Shown here: piece after piece, positions 1 through 12,307 of the stretch
Position numbering within the stretch: the first letter of the stretch is position 1
How the letters are laid out: each line of letters opens with the position of its first letter
Assembly: GCA_001724245.1 (NCBI GenBank)
Contig: MEDX01000030.1
Location: 1-39,807, forward strand
Length of the DNA: 39,807 bases
Source: Fonticula-like sp. SCN 57-25
Lineage: Eukaryota
Direction of reading: 5' to 3'
The notes under the pieces: model-generated
The model's input: the letters and a program-made list of their open reading frames with translations, nothing else
Told to the model about the DNA's origin: nothing
The model's database searches: none
Translations under genes and position numbers: made by a program

Positions 1-3000
1 CCCGAGCACGAAGTCAATGCCCTCAAGCTGCTCAACATGGGCTTTCAAACATTCTCGACGGCCGACAAGAACGTTCTTGCGCACAATTTCATGCGGCTCG
101 GTTTTGTACAAGCCTCGGTGCGCGCTCTCGAACTCGGCCTCGGAACCATCGATTCGGTCGACAAGCACGGTGACACTCCGCTTCACATTGCCGTCGCGAA
201 CGAGGACACGGCCGGCGTGCTGGCGCTCCTCCGCTTCCTTACCATGCAGTCGCTCCACATCAAAAACTCGTCGGGGGTGACGGCGCGCAACGCCATTCTT
301 GCGTCCAAGAAGGCGCGCAGCACGCTTTCTACGATTGAAAAGACGTTGCAGGAGCGGGAGGCGAACGAGCAGGAGCTCAAGAAGCAGGCTGCGGCCGCGG
401 CGGCCGCGACGTCCAAGGCAAAGAAGGAGAAGGCGCTTGAGCTGGATGACGCCGAGGAAGACTTGAAAAAGCTTACCCAAGCGGCGCGCGTCAAGCGCAT
501 CGAGCAGCTGCTTTCCACGCTCTCTGGCAAGCCCGTAGATGCGCCCCTCCCCTTTGAGGTCCGCGGTCAGCCCGCCGAAAAGGCGCGCGACGCGCCGGGC
601 GCCCCACAGAGCTTGCCGTCGCTGACCAAGTTTGACCGCGGCATCAATGACCAGCTTGTTCGGAACGCTGATTTGGAGAACGCGCCGTGGACGGTGATGA
701 TGCCTCGATGCGTGTGGCAGCTGCACATGAAGATGCACGTCGGCCTGCGCCAGCCCATCATCAGCACGCTGACGCGCCTCGCGGCCGGCCAGTGGAACGC
801 CCAGCAGGACCGTTTGCTGGATCCACTCGATGAGCACTTTAAGGGCGTGCGGCTCTACCGGACGCCCGTGGTCCAGGACGTTGACCTCATCTGGGAGGTG
901 CTCGTGCGTTACCTGCCCGACCGCCACGCGTACAGCGACACAATCGTGGCGTGGGGCATTGCGCCCTCGGACCCCTCGTATCTGGAAAACCACCTTGCGT
1001 GGGCCGCGCATACGATTGGGCGCCGCTCGCCGCTCGCGCGCAGCATGAAGCTGAGCACGCTCGCATCGTACGACCTGTCGTCGTCGCTGACTGTGTTTAC
1101 GCCTCGCGTGTACAAGCCGAGCGACTTTGTGGACGGCTCGCTGCCCGACACGATCAAGGTCTACTATCCGATTGGCGACGGGCGCTACGCTCACCCGCGG
1201 ATGCTCCCAATGTACAACGTGGACAAGGCGTTTGTGCGCTCGTTCCTGGAAGGACTTGTGAATGTCGACTTTCCTATCTGCTTGTCAGAGGATGCCGACG
1301 TGTTCCCCACGGGCGGCGACTCGTCCGCCATCATCCTTCTCGGCCGTTCGGGCACCGGTAAGACGACCGTCACGATTGAACACATGTGGCGCGAGTACTG
1401 CCAGCACTGGTCGCCCGTCGGCAGCCGCATCGAGCGCGTCAGCCGTTCTGGCGCGCGTGGCCCGTTGCACCAGGTGTTTATCACGGCCAACCCGATCCTG
1501 CGCTCCGAGGTCCGCAAGTCGTTCCGCTCGCTTCAACGCGGCGCGGGCTTCAAGGTGCCAAAGGACGACTCGCACGCCATCACGGACCTGCGCTACGTGC
1601 CCGACGCGGCGTTCCCGCTCTTCCTCACGGCGCGCGAATGGCTCCTGCTCGTTGACGGCACGCTGACAAAGCCCTTTTTCACGGCCGCCGAGCGCACCGC
1701 TAGCGCTCACTCGAACACCTGGCACGAGGAGCGCCGCATGCTTTTCGAGATCCCGGACCTCGAGGTGGATGGTGGCGATGATGACGCGGAAGAAGCCGGC
1801 GCTGACGGCGCACAGGGGGCGGCGGGCGCGCAGGCTGGCGGCGGCGCGCGGCCGCGTCGCGAGGTCAATTACAGCTACTTTGCTGACGTGATGTGGCCGC
1901 GGCTCAACTCGGCCGGGCAGTACCCGTACCACCCGTCGCTCGTGTTCACCGAGATCTTTTCGTTCATCAAGGGGTCTGCCGAGAGCATGGAGCTGCCGCA
2001 AGGCCGCCTCCGCCTCGCAGACTACACGCAGATGGGCAAGAAGCGGAGCCCCAACTTTGCCGGCAACCGCGACCTCATTTACGAGATCTACCTCAAGTAT
2101 GAAAAGCTAAAGACGGAGCTGCACTGCTTTGACATTATGGACGCTGTGTTTTACATTTACCGCCAGCTCAAGGAGTCGGAAACGGGCTACGTCGGCGTGC
2201 CTGTCCACGCCATGTACCACGACGAGGTGCAAGACTTTACCCAGGCGGAGCTCATGCTCGGCTTTCTGGTCTCGTCCGACATCAACGGCATCTTTTGCTC
2301 GGGCGACACGTCGCAGACCATCGCGCGCGGCATCTCGTTCCGGTTCGCCGACCTGCGCTCCCTCTTCCACCTGCAGCAGGACATTCAAAAGGTGGTTGTC
2401 GCAAAGCACCGCCACCAGCTGCCGCCCTTTTCGGTCCCCAAGATCTGCAACCTGACCATTAACTACCGCACGCACTCGCGCATTCTGCAGGCGGCCTCGT
2501 CGGTCGTTGATATGCTGCACGCGCACTTTCCGTACGCGGTGGACAAGATGGAGCCCGACGTCGGCTGCTTTGACGGCCCCATCCCGGTCCTCTTTGAGAC
2601 GAACTCGCCCAGCGAGCTCGCCCTCCTCATGCACGGCGACAACCTGGCGGCTGAGGGCGTCACCGTCGAGCTCGACATGGGCGCCCAGCAGGTCGTCATT
2701 GTGCGCTCGCACGAGGCCAAGCTGCGCCTGCCCGACGACCTCCGCTCGGCGCTCGTCCTGACCGTCTTTGAGTGCAAGGGCCTCGAGTTTGACGACGTCT
2801 TTTTGTACAACTTTTTCTCGGACTCGCCCGCCGGCAACGAGTGGCGCGTCGTCACGTCGTACCTCGAAAAGGAAAAGTCGCGGTTGGTGCGCCAGGGCAT
2901 GACGCCGCTCCGCACGTCACAGCGGCAGCACGCGCGCCCGCTAAAGTTTGACGAGCGCGCGCACGCTTTGCTCGGCGAGGAGCTTAAGCAGCTCTACACC

Positions 3001-6000
3001 GCCATGACGCGTGCTCGCCGCCGCCTCTTTTTCTTTGACGAAAACGAGGAGAAGCGACTCCCGATGTTTGACTTTTTCCACCGGACGCAGCTCGCAAACG
3101 TCGTCAGCAGCGCGGTGCTGCGCGGCAGCTCGGTGCAGGTGGACGTGCTTGGGCTCATCTTGCCGTCGTCGCGCGACGAGTGGGCCGCGCGCGGCGACAT
3201 GCTGTTTGAGAACGGCGTCTTTAGCGTCGCCGCCGAGTGCTACCGCAAGAGCGGCGACCGCGAGTCGCTGCGCGTCGCGTCGGCATTTGCATCGGCCATG
3301 GCGGCAAAGCGGCTGCCGGCAGGGCAGGAGCGCCGCGACCTCTTTTTGGCGGCCGCCGACGGCTTTTTGCGGTCGCAGCGGTACGCCGACGCGAGCAGGT
3401 GCCTCTATTCGGCGGGGCAGTACACGAGCGCCGCCGAGCTGTTTATGATGCTCGAGCTGCCCCTCGAAGTCGCTCGCTGCTTTGAAAAGAGCGGCGATCG
3501 CCTTCAGGCGGCAGAGTATTTCGTCAAGGCGGGCAAGATCAACCGCGCGCTGCAGCTCTACCGCGACATGGGACACCACCACCGCTGCCTGCCGCTCATC
3601 GACAAGTACGCAATTACCATTTATTGAAAATGTTCAAGGGCTAACTGAGGGGATAGGCACCCGGATCTGAAGCTGACGGCGGCCGTCCGGAACGCGTACG
3701 CCATGCGGGCAGCGCTCTACTTTCACAAGGCGGGCAATGTTGAGGGCCTCCAGGATGCCATTACGCACGCGGACGACCTCGATTCGATCACAGCTTTCCT
3801 GCAGAAGTACAAGTACAACGAGGTGCGTGTCTGGTCAAATAGATCGAATGCGAAACTAACGATCTTTCTGTATCTTTCTCTAGCACTTGGCTGCTGTTCT
3901 CAACTCGCGCGGGCGAGTGACGGAGGCCGCCATGCTTCTTGTCGAGTCTGGCAGGTACGCCGACGCCGGCCTCCTGCTTCAGTCCAAGGGAGGCTTTGAC
4001 GCGACCGTGCTGCGGTACTTTGAGCGCAACGCAGAGTCGTCGGACGGCGCAGAGGCCGAGCTGTACTTTAGCAAGGCGCTCGACGCGGTGCGCGCGCTCG
4101 GCGCAAAGGGCGAGTACGACGCGGCGCGGCTCAAAATCTTTATTGCCGCGGCGGCCGCCGAGCGTGATCAGGACATGCCGAAGCTGCGCAAGGAGGCCAC
4201 GGCGTTTTTCAGCCAGCGCCAGTCTGCGTTCGGCATGGCGGCGGTCGAGCTGCTCAATATCCAGGCCGATGACGCCGCTCTGGTTGGAAAGCACGCGCTA
4301 CAAGGTATGTCCCATTGAATATTGCTTGAGTTGTGGCATGATTTTTTTTCTATGGATTGTCGCTTGATTTATCATGTATATTCTGGGCTCATTCAACTAT
4401 CATAGCACTCGCTCGCTCTCGCGACGCGGCCAAGCTGCTTCGCGCGCTGATCCACTATGCGAGCATTCCGCCGTCCCGCATCGACGACTCCCAAATCACT
4501 GACGAGGCCGAAAAGTACTGCGGCCTGCTCGTGCAGACGACGCGTGCGTCGGCCGTCCGCCTCATGGACAAGCTGAACGTTCGCATGCTTCGCATGAAGG
4601 CGGCCGGCGAGGAAAGCCTCCTTTCAAAGGCGCGCAATAGCGACAAGGTGCGTTGGAATACATCTGTTCACGAATCTGATATATGTTTTTCAGCTTTTGA
4701 TCTCGCTGGATGTTGGCGTCAAGCTGATGGGCCGCTCGCTCATGCTGACTGTCGACGAGCTTGTACACGCCGTCCTTTCTGGCCTGTCTAATCAGACGCC
4801 GCTCGCCGACGTCGTGCAGGCCGCCAGCGCCGCCCTGTACGCGCAGTACATCCACACGAGCTTTGTGCCGTACTATCAAACCCCGTCGGATGTCGCGCAG
4901 CCGTCCAATGACGCGCAGACTGCCGCCGCGCTCGACCGCCTGGTGGCGCAGCCCGGTGCGATGCCGTTGCCGGCGTCGGTCCGCCATGCGCTCAGCGTGC
5001 GCGCCCTGTCGGCCTGGCTCAGCCCGGCGACCGAGACGCACGCGCAGACGTACAGCGACATTGTCGCGGTGCGGCGGCGTCTCGCGCATGCCAACGAAAT
5101 GTGGCGGCTCCCGGCGCTGCTCCACCGACAGGGCCGCCAGTTTGGCATCCTCCCGGCGCAGCTTCCGCCCGTCCAAGGTACGCATTTTCGAGGTTTTGAA
5201 TGTTATATCTAAAGATTTATGTGCTTGTTTTAGTGCGGACGCTGCGCCCCAAGCCGACTGTTGTTGTGCGCCGCCACCGCGCCGGCTTTGTGCGCGTTCG
5301 CGCGTCGCCGCAGCGCACCGCGGCCGAGATTCTGTTCCGGCGCCGCGTTGGCCTTGGGAGCGACAGCGAGGATAGCGACGAAGAGTACGACATTCATGCG
5401 CCCGACGCCGACCCGCTGTCGTACCTCGAGACGCTTATTGAGGACCCCAACGCGCCCGACGAGTACGACGTGACGTACGAGTACCCGCCCGCGCGCGTCG
5501 AACCTGCGCTGCCCAGCGGTCTCTTCTGGCACGGCCGGCGCGCCGTGACGGTGCACCACCTGCTGCAGTACCCGCGGTGGCGCGGCGACGCGCCCGTCAC
5601 GGTCGCACAGGCGCTGTCGGCGGCAGCCCATCGCGCGGCGGCCGACGGTTCGGCTGCGGCAATCCCGCTGCTCCGCGTGGCCGCCACCACCCTGCTGTGC
5701 TACATCAGCAACATGAACGACGTGTATCTCCCGCAGTCGCTGCTCGACCTCACACGCGAGTTTGACGTGGCGCCGCCGCCGTCGCTCGTCGTGGGCGCCA
5801 TGGCACGCCAGGATAGCCTTATGCAGGTGCTGCGCGCGCTCGTGGACGCGTTCGTACGCGTCGGTGCGACGGTCAGGTCTGGAGAGTGGCGCGCGCCGTT
5901 CATCGCGCTCACGGCAGTTTTGCTCGTCAATCACTTTGTAAACGACCTCTTTGACGCTGAGCAGGCGACCAGTCTGCGCGCCATTCTCGTCCACGTGGGT

Positions 6001-7206
6001 AGTGTCCCTCAGGTGCGCCGGTTTCTTACAATTTTCTTGCTTCAACTGACAAATTTTCTCTTTCTTTGTTGGTGTACAGCGCGCCTTTTCCAATGTGACG
6101 CGCTTCACGGACGCCCTGCCGCAGCTCCCGTCCGCCGAGCCGCTTGGCCACGTGGCTGTCAGCGGCGGTCGCTACGTTCTCCAAAAGGCCGGGGCTGTCC
6201 TCAAAATGTGCGTCTCTTTGTTCTTTATATGGTGTTGCTGACTGTAACAAAGGCCGCACTTTGCTCCGTTGGAAGGCAAACTGCCCAAGCCTGAAATCAC
6301 CGCTTCGCCGTCTTTGCCGCCCGTCGAGCCCGAGGAAGCGAGCCATCTGCTCCACTGTGTCCTGTACATGCAGCACCGCTTCCGCAACCGCCGCCGCCGC
6401 CGCGCCGTTGCCGTCATTGAGCGCCTCGTTCGCCGCTGGCTCGCCCGCCGCGCGTCTGCTCGCCAGCAGGCGCTAGCCGTTCTCGGTGACGGCCAGCCGT
6501 CGCTTCTCGAGCGCCGTGTGCTCTTTTTGCTTGTGCCCGGCGACGCGCGCGCGTGCGAGTACTGCAAGGTGTCGCTCAATGAGACAACATACAGTCAGCA
6601 CTTTAGCACGATGAGCCACGCGCTCAAGGCAATGAACGCCAAGACGTACGCCGAGGCGTACCTCTACAGCGTGTCGCCGACGCTCGAGGCGCTCGACCAG
6701 GTGAGCGAGATGATCAAGGAGGCGGCGCTGATTGGCGAGGCGGAGGCGCCGCAGAGCGTCAAGCTGCTCAATGACGTCAGCGCGAGCCGCTCGGCGATTT
6801 GGGAACAGGTGGAGGCCGTCGAGAGGGACCCAAAGGCAAACTGGACGTTTACCGACGAGCTGCAGAAGCAGATCAATGCCGCGTCACAGCTGCTTGCAAA
6901 GGCCGAGCGGTGGATCGACGACATGCGCGCGCTCGCTGCACGCAAGGCTGCTCCGTACGCGCTTCACTCACTTTTTCATGTGGTTTCTCATCTAAACATC
7001 TTTGCTTTTCTAGGGTGACGGACGACCGCGAGGTGACCGAGGTCATTGAGGATGTCGGGTGGTCGCTCAAGCGGGCGGGAACGGCGTCGCAGCAGCGCAG
7101 GCGCAGAAGGCAGCGCCGCGCAGAGTCGGCGACGGCAAAGGTCGCCGATGCTGCGGCCGCGTTCGCTGCGGCTGCCGCTGGCGGTGCAAACCAGCCTGCA
7201 AAGTGA
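1..7206 (+). CDS. TRANK1: TRANK1/LBA1-like protein: ankyrin repeats, RelE-like segment, UvrD-like SF1 helicase, TPRs, IQ-like motif and C2H2 finger (5' end probably outside window)
   Basis: Ankyrin motif HGDTPLHIAV; Walker A LGRSGTGKTT; Walker B HDEVQDFTQAEL; NYRTH; VLTVFECKGLEFDDVFLYNFF; KQLYTAMTRARRRL; TPR-like AAECYRKSG repeats; CEYC-x11-H-x5-H near the C-terminus. Frame is open from base 1. Frame-consistent introns at 3606-3656, 3823-3883, 4305-4405, 4648-4693, 5178-5233, 6013-6079, 6208-6252 (AAG acceptor) and 6955-7013; stop ends at 7206. Confidence 0.85.
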
Positions 7207-7471
7207 TGTTGTAGTGATATGAGTCAATAGTGCAATGTATAGTGGTAAGAATGGTCAAATTCGACATTTATCATAGCTGGAACGCCCTTTGCAATTGCCA
7301 CCATTTCGCATGCAGCATCGCTGCGCGGCCATAGCTGAATACGGTGACATGGGATCTATATGGATCTGTGTCTATCACAACATTGGCGGTGTTTATTCAT
7401 AAACAGCTCAATAGAAGAAGGAAAAGGGGAAACAGCAGAGAGAACAGTGAAAGTACATAAGAATGTGAATG

Positions 7472-8828
7472 TTATTGCGCGATCGTTGCAGTTGGCGACG
7501 GCGACGGCGATGCGGCCAATGACTCGCTCGATCTCCCCCGACTCGAGTACGACTGCTGAAACTTGACGACGCGGCCTTCCAGCTCCGCTATCCGCTGCAA
7601 ACATTCCGACTCGCTTCCCGTCGGCGTCTTGCTCCGCTCATTCTCTTCAAACTCGTCATACTGGCGGCCGCCCTGCGTCAAATCGCGCCGACTCCTGCGA
7701 AGGTACTGCAGCATTGCCCGGGTCCGCTTGAGCATGTCCGCTACCGTCATGTCCTTGTGGAACGCGCGGCCGCGACTCGACGTCCGCCGCGTGTCGCGAC
7801 GGAAAACAGCACGCTCAGCCGCCGGAGATCCGTCCGGGGACTCGTCCTGCGAATACCCGCCATCGTCATAGCGACGGCCACGTGGTGAAAAGTCGTCGGG
7901 GGCATCGTCGGTGGCATCGCGTGCGCGGCGCGAGCTCTCCTTACGGGATCGGTCGCGCGACGCCGACCCGCCGGACGCCGAAGCAAAGGAGGGCGACGGC
8001 GCCAAGGAGTCCTGGGCGCGGCCATCATCCCGCCGGGATTTCCCATTGACGGCGGCCGAAAAGGAGGGCGTCGACGGCATGCTCGATGCGACGCCGGCGC
8101 CATTGACAGCGCGACGCGAGGAAGAGGCCGCGGCAGAGTCGCCACCGGCAAGCTCGGCAGATTCGGGCGCCAGCATCCCGGCTTCGAGCTTGACGGAAGA
8201 AACATCGGGGTCGGTGATCTCGGAAATCAGGCTATTCATCGTGGTGCGCTTCTTGGGAGTAGGCTGCAGGGGAAAATCGCGCAAGCACGCACATGGTGAG
8301 CAAAACGAAAAAGAAAAGGAAAGAAAGGCGAGCGGCCGTACCTCGGAGAGCCCAGCTGCGGAAGCCTGCCGCTTTTTAAGACTAAAAAAGCAGGGACAAA
8401 AGGTTGGCGCGAAAATCATTGTGGTGAAAATGGAGCACGTACTTTGCCAATAGCCTCTCGTGGTTTTGTGGGGCGCATAGCTCGCACAAATACTCGTTCG
8501 GGAGTCGACTCGGGTTCAGCTGCATGCACGGGACATGCTGCCAGACGTCGCATTTGTCGCACTGCACCATCATGACATCGAGATTGACCGCTATTCAAAC
8601 ACGAAAAAGAGTCAGCCTTCCGGCGCCAAGGCAACTAATTCTGCGCACCTTGCTTCTTGCATACACACCGCGTGACGTCCTCTTGCGGCTGATCCTTCCG
8701 CGATGCTGACGGCCGAGGGCGCCTGCTCCGGCTACCCGACCTCGTGTCGTCGGCTGCGATGGCAAGGGAACGAAAAAGGGACAGAAATGATTAGCGGCAA
8801 CAGCCTAATACGCTCTCAACGTACCCAT
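7472..8828 (-). CDS. CTI6: PHD-finger protein, Cti6-like (Rpd3L/Sin3 HDAC-associated)
   Basis: First coding exon is 4 nt (ATGG, 8828-8825). Introns at 8754-8824, 8591-8648, 8382-8442 and 8264-8341. Spliced product reads MADD...EDVTRCVCKKQAVNLDVMMVQCDKCDVWQHVPCM...YLCELCAP (PHD). KKRTTMNS and C-terminal DMLKRTRAMLQYL...VVKFQQSY resemble Cti6 motifs. Confidence 0.7.
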
Positions 8829-9615
8829 AAAGTCTCAAAAAACGCTCTCGCTCAATAAGAGGGCACAAAAGCAAATGACGGAAAGGCAATCACGATTCCG
8901 AAAGTGGGTCAGCGTGAATGCCGCGCGTGATCACACAGGAGCAGAAAGACAACACAACAACAAGCGAGAGCAAAGACCGCTCGTCAACACACTCTGCGAC
9001 ACTCACGTGCACACGACGCCGCTTATCTCACCGCGTCGTCCGGCCGATTCGCGCAGTGTTCCCCTCTAGAGGCAGCGCCAAACACACAAGTGCACTCGGT
9101 GCTCAGCCGGACACAAAAGAGCAAGGAGTTCGAATGACCAATCGGAAACGCCCGTGCAAAGTGGATTGTTTCAAATCAGGCAGTTGGATCAGTTGTGACA
9201 GCCCTGCGACATGGCGGCAACGCAAGGTTCGAGCGGCAACAGAGAAGAAGGCGCATAAACAGCAGAGTGTTTCTGTGGCAAGCAGACGTACTTGTGGTCT
9301 GGTAGCAATGTATACTGTGCTCATATATTTATTTTGAAAGTGACCTACATCAATTCCAATGCAGACCGAACGATAGCACATATCTGCGTGTCTTTGCAGG
9401 GGTTGACGCCAAGGCCGACACTCGAGTCACCAGCCAAATAAAGCAGCATTTGGCTGGAAATACCACAATGCGGGAAAGGAGGCACTGGAAGATACTGGCC
9501 AAGCGATCGTGTGAGCATCCTGTCTGGCGGCGGCGTCATTCAAGCTCCCTTGATGCCTATTGGCCGAGAGCCCGATTGATGCATTCGGATTGGTCGCCTC
9601 GCGTCGCTGCCCTCC

Positions 9616-10134
9616 ATGGCGGAGAAGAAGTCCAACTATCAGTTCCGGCAGAACCTGCAAATGGTGATGCCGGTGCCTGACTTTCTCAAGAAAGTCACGG
9701 GAGCGATGAAGGAAGAAAAGCGCGAAGTCGATGAAGAACGCGCTGCGCGGATCGCTGCGCTCCGCGAGCAGGGAGAGCAGGATGACGAGGCACCGCAGGT
9801 TGTGGTGCTAAAGTCGGGCGATCTCACCGAGGAAGAAGCCGCGGCTCTTTCAAAGCAAGGGTACAAGGAAACGAATACTTTGAAGCCCGCCTTTGGAAAC
9901 CGATCCCTGAAGGCGCGCAAAGACGGGAAAAAGGGCGACGACGTCGTCTATCAGCCTCCGCCATCAAGTGGCAGCAGCGGATCAGGACTGAATGCATCTA
10001 CCAAGACCGCAAGCATCGGCGCCCCGCGGCCGGCGAAGCGCGCGGCAGATACTGAAGGCGATGCCCAGAAGGGCGACCGCAAGAAGCTGCAGGTGAAGAA
10101 CAAGGCCGTGCTTTCCTTTGCTGACGATATGTGA
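9616..10134 (+). CDS. KIAA1143/DUF4604-family small protein
   Basis: Intronless 172-aa ORF with VPDFL, DEAPQVVVLKSGDLTEEE and terminal VKNKAVLSFADD, all typical of the KIAA1143 family. Confidence 0.8.
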   Translation: MAEKKSNYQFRQNLQMVMPVPDFLKKVTGAMKEEKREVDEERAARIAALREQGEQDDEAPQVVVLKSGDLTEEEAAALSKQGYKETNTLKPAFGNRSLKARKDGKKGDDVVYQPPPSSGSSGSGLNASTKTASIGAPRPAKRAADTEGDAQKGDRKKLQVKNKAVLSFADDM

Positions 10135-10346
10135 GGAGGAGAATTGCGTGTATTTTGTTGTACTATAGTCTTGTTTTAATAAATGGCAATAATATTGAGC
10201 CTAATGTGTCTACTGTTTACTGTGTACACTGTTCATGAATGCGCCTACATTTCAACAACGAAACGCTCGTTTCCCTTCAGTTTTGCCGCGAATCAGTGAA
10301 ATCAGACGATCAGATACAATCAGAACTGGAGCTGTTACCTGCAAGC

Positions 10347-10780
10347 ATGTCGGTACGTAGGTAGCGCAGCGGGAGCGGCCGCTAACCCCACGCAGGACCG
10401 GCGGCTTAATACATACCAGAGGCCTCGAGCGGTTGTGTCGAAAATGCGGCACGCGTGGCTAGAGCCAGCCATGTCGCCTCGTACGTCTCATTGCTGTGTC
10501 CTTGCTCCGCTCACGTTGATGCAGCGGATTTCGTCGTGGTGGATCCGGACGAGCAGCTCCCCGTCAAGAACGACGGTACCAACTCGTTCCTCCTTTGAAT
10601 GTGTCTAACTATTGCGTTTTTGTAGATTTGACGCTCAAATTTGGCGAGCGGCCGGTGGAGCCCGAGACGTGGAAGGATCTCGCGCTGGACAACTATGCTG
10701 CCCCGCCCAACGAGAGCATACCGCGCATGCCCGAGCTGTACAACAAATTCGATCTCCAGTCGGCCCTTCGTATTCTATAA
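10347..10780 (+). CDS. ANAPC13: Anaphase-promoting complex subunit 13 (Apc13/Swm1-like), 98 aa, 4 exons
   Basis: Exons 10347-10352, 10396-10480, 10525-10575 and 10626-10780 splice in frame via GTACGT..CTAAC..CAG type introns. Product is MSDRRLNTYQRPRAVVSKMRHAWLEPAMSPPDFVVVDPDEQLP...EPETWKDLALDNY. The W-x-D-L-x-L motif and the upstream W...P.D..V....LP motif match Apc13. Confidence 0.75.
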
Positions 10781-10860
10781 TAGTATATATATCATTCATT
10801 CTAATTGTACATCATGTATCAAAATAATAGCCAAACATTTATAATACTGCACCAACGCCG

Positions 10861-12250
10861 CTACTGCAGCAGATCATCGGTAAGGCTCTTCCCGGGCTTG
10901 GGCGTTGCGGTAGGCGCACTCGACGGCGTCGCGCCCGCAGACTTCACCGGCGTCGACAGCGCCGAGCGCGGTACAATCCTCGGCGTCGTGCTGTAGCTCG
11001 CGCGCAGCTGCGAGTCGCCCCGGAACGATGGGCTCATCCTCACGAACGGCGACGAACCACCCACCCGCGCCAGCAGCGGCGACGCGGCGCCATGCGCACT
11101 CCTAAGCGGCGTCGCGGCGCGTTTCCTTAGCCGCTTTGTCGCGTCGTCGGACAGTTTCTGCGCAATCTTGTCCCGCTCGGTCTCCGCCGGCAGCTTGTAG
11201 ATAAAGTCGTTCGGGCGGGGCGTCATGGACGGGTCGAGCGCCAGCGGCGTCCCTTCAATGTCGCCCCACGTCATCATCGGCGTCGCGTCCACGCCGGGCA
11301 CCAGAGTCGGCGTCCCGGGGACGTAGCTGCGCAGCGAGTCGTCGCGCGTCGGGGAGGCGCCGCGAATGTGGCCGTAGGGCGTCATCTACGCAGACGTGTC
11401 AGCAAACAAAACACTCCCAAAAAGAACCGCAAACAAAGAGGAAAGACGTACTGATGCGGGAATATCGTTGCGCAATACGCCTGATTGGCCGAGCATGTGG
11501 TAAACGCTGCTGGGCTGCGCGGGCTCCGCCTCCTTGGCAGCCGGCGCCGCGAAGCGCGTGTTCTCGTACTTTGCGATCGGCTGCTCGTCCCGCGCCTTGA
11601 TTTGCTCGGAAAGCGTCATGGGCGCGCCGTCCACCGGGTACATGAGCAGATTCCGCGTCTTGTGAGGCCATGAAAGTACCTGGCCTTTCTCCTCCGCGGC
11701 AAGTAACCTGAGACAACGTGTCAGCACGCGTTGGAAGACTCTAATGTCGTACCTCGTCTCAGTTTCGTATAACCAGGGAAACTTTTTCCTGTGAAGGGCA
11801 TTCAGGCGCTCCTGTAGGTCGTCAAAGGACGCATTGTCCTCGCTTGTGTATGTATTAAGAAACGCGTCGACCGACATGTTTGTGTGGATGCCGCTCCCGG
11901 GCGGAGGCGGAGCTAGCACTGAAACCATGTGAGCACGATGATATCAAGTATAGGGTCAACGCACTTTGCCCCGCAGCTTCTCTTTTCGTCGGAGGCGTCT
12001 CGCCTCCCGTTTGCCGAGGCGTCGGCCATGACATCGGTAGGTTTTGCGGCGTCCGCGCAAGCGCAAGCATCGGGTTCTGCAGCGCCTCCAAATACGCGCG
12101 CTGCGCCTTGAGCCTGGGAAGATGAGGGAAGAAATCGCGCTGGATGATATACTCGAGCGCCGACGTGAACGCGTCCTCTTCGAGCACCACTCGCCCCCTG
12201 CTAGTGGGGGGCCCTGGCAGCGCTGCCTTGGACCCGCTCGCTGACGACAT
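10861..12250 (-). CDS. ESS2: Splicing factor ESS2/DGCR14 (nuclear protein Es2)
   Basis: Motifs VLEEDAFTSALEYIIQRDFFP, SVDAFLNTYTSEDNASF and PMMTWGDIEGTPL. ATG at 12250; three GT-AG introns (middle one 11708-11752). Confidence 0.92.
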
Positions 12251-12307
12251 CACCACGACCGGCGCTAAATGGAAATGTTGACGGTAACGCTGACACATCT
12301 TTTCATC

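Noticed and set aside
9239-9248. ACAGAGAAGA resembling the U6 snRNA ACAGAGA box
   Set aside because: It is not followed by the invariant TTAGCATGG, and there is no U6 5' stem or 3' U-tract.
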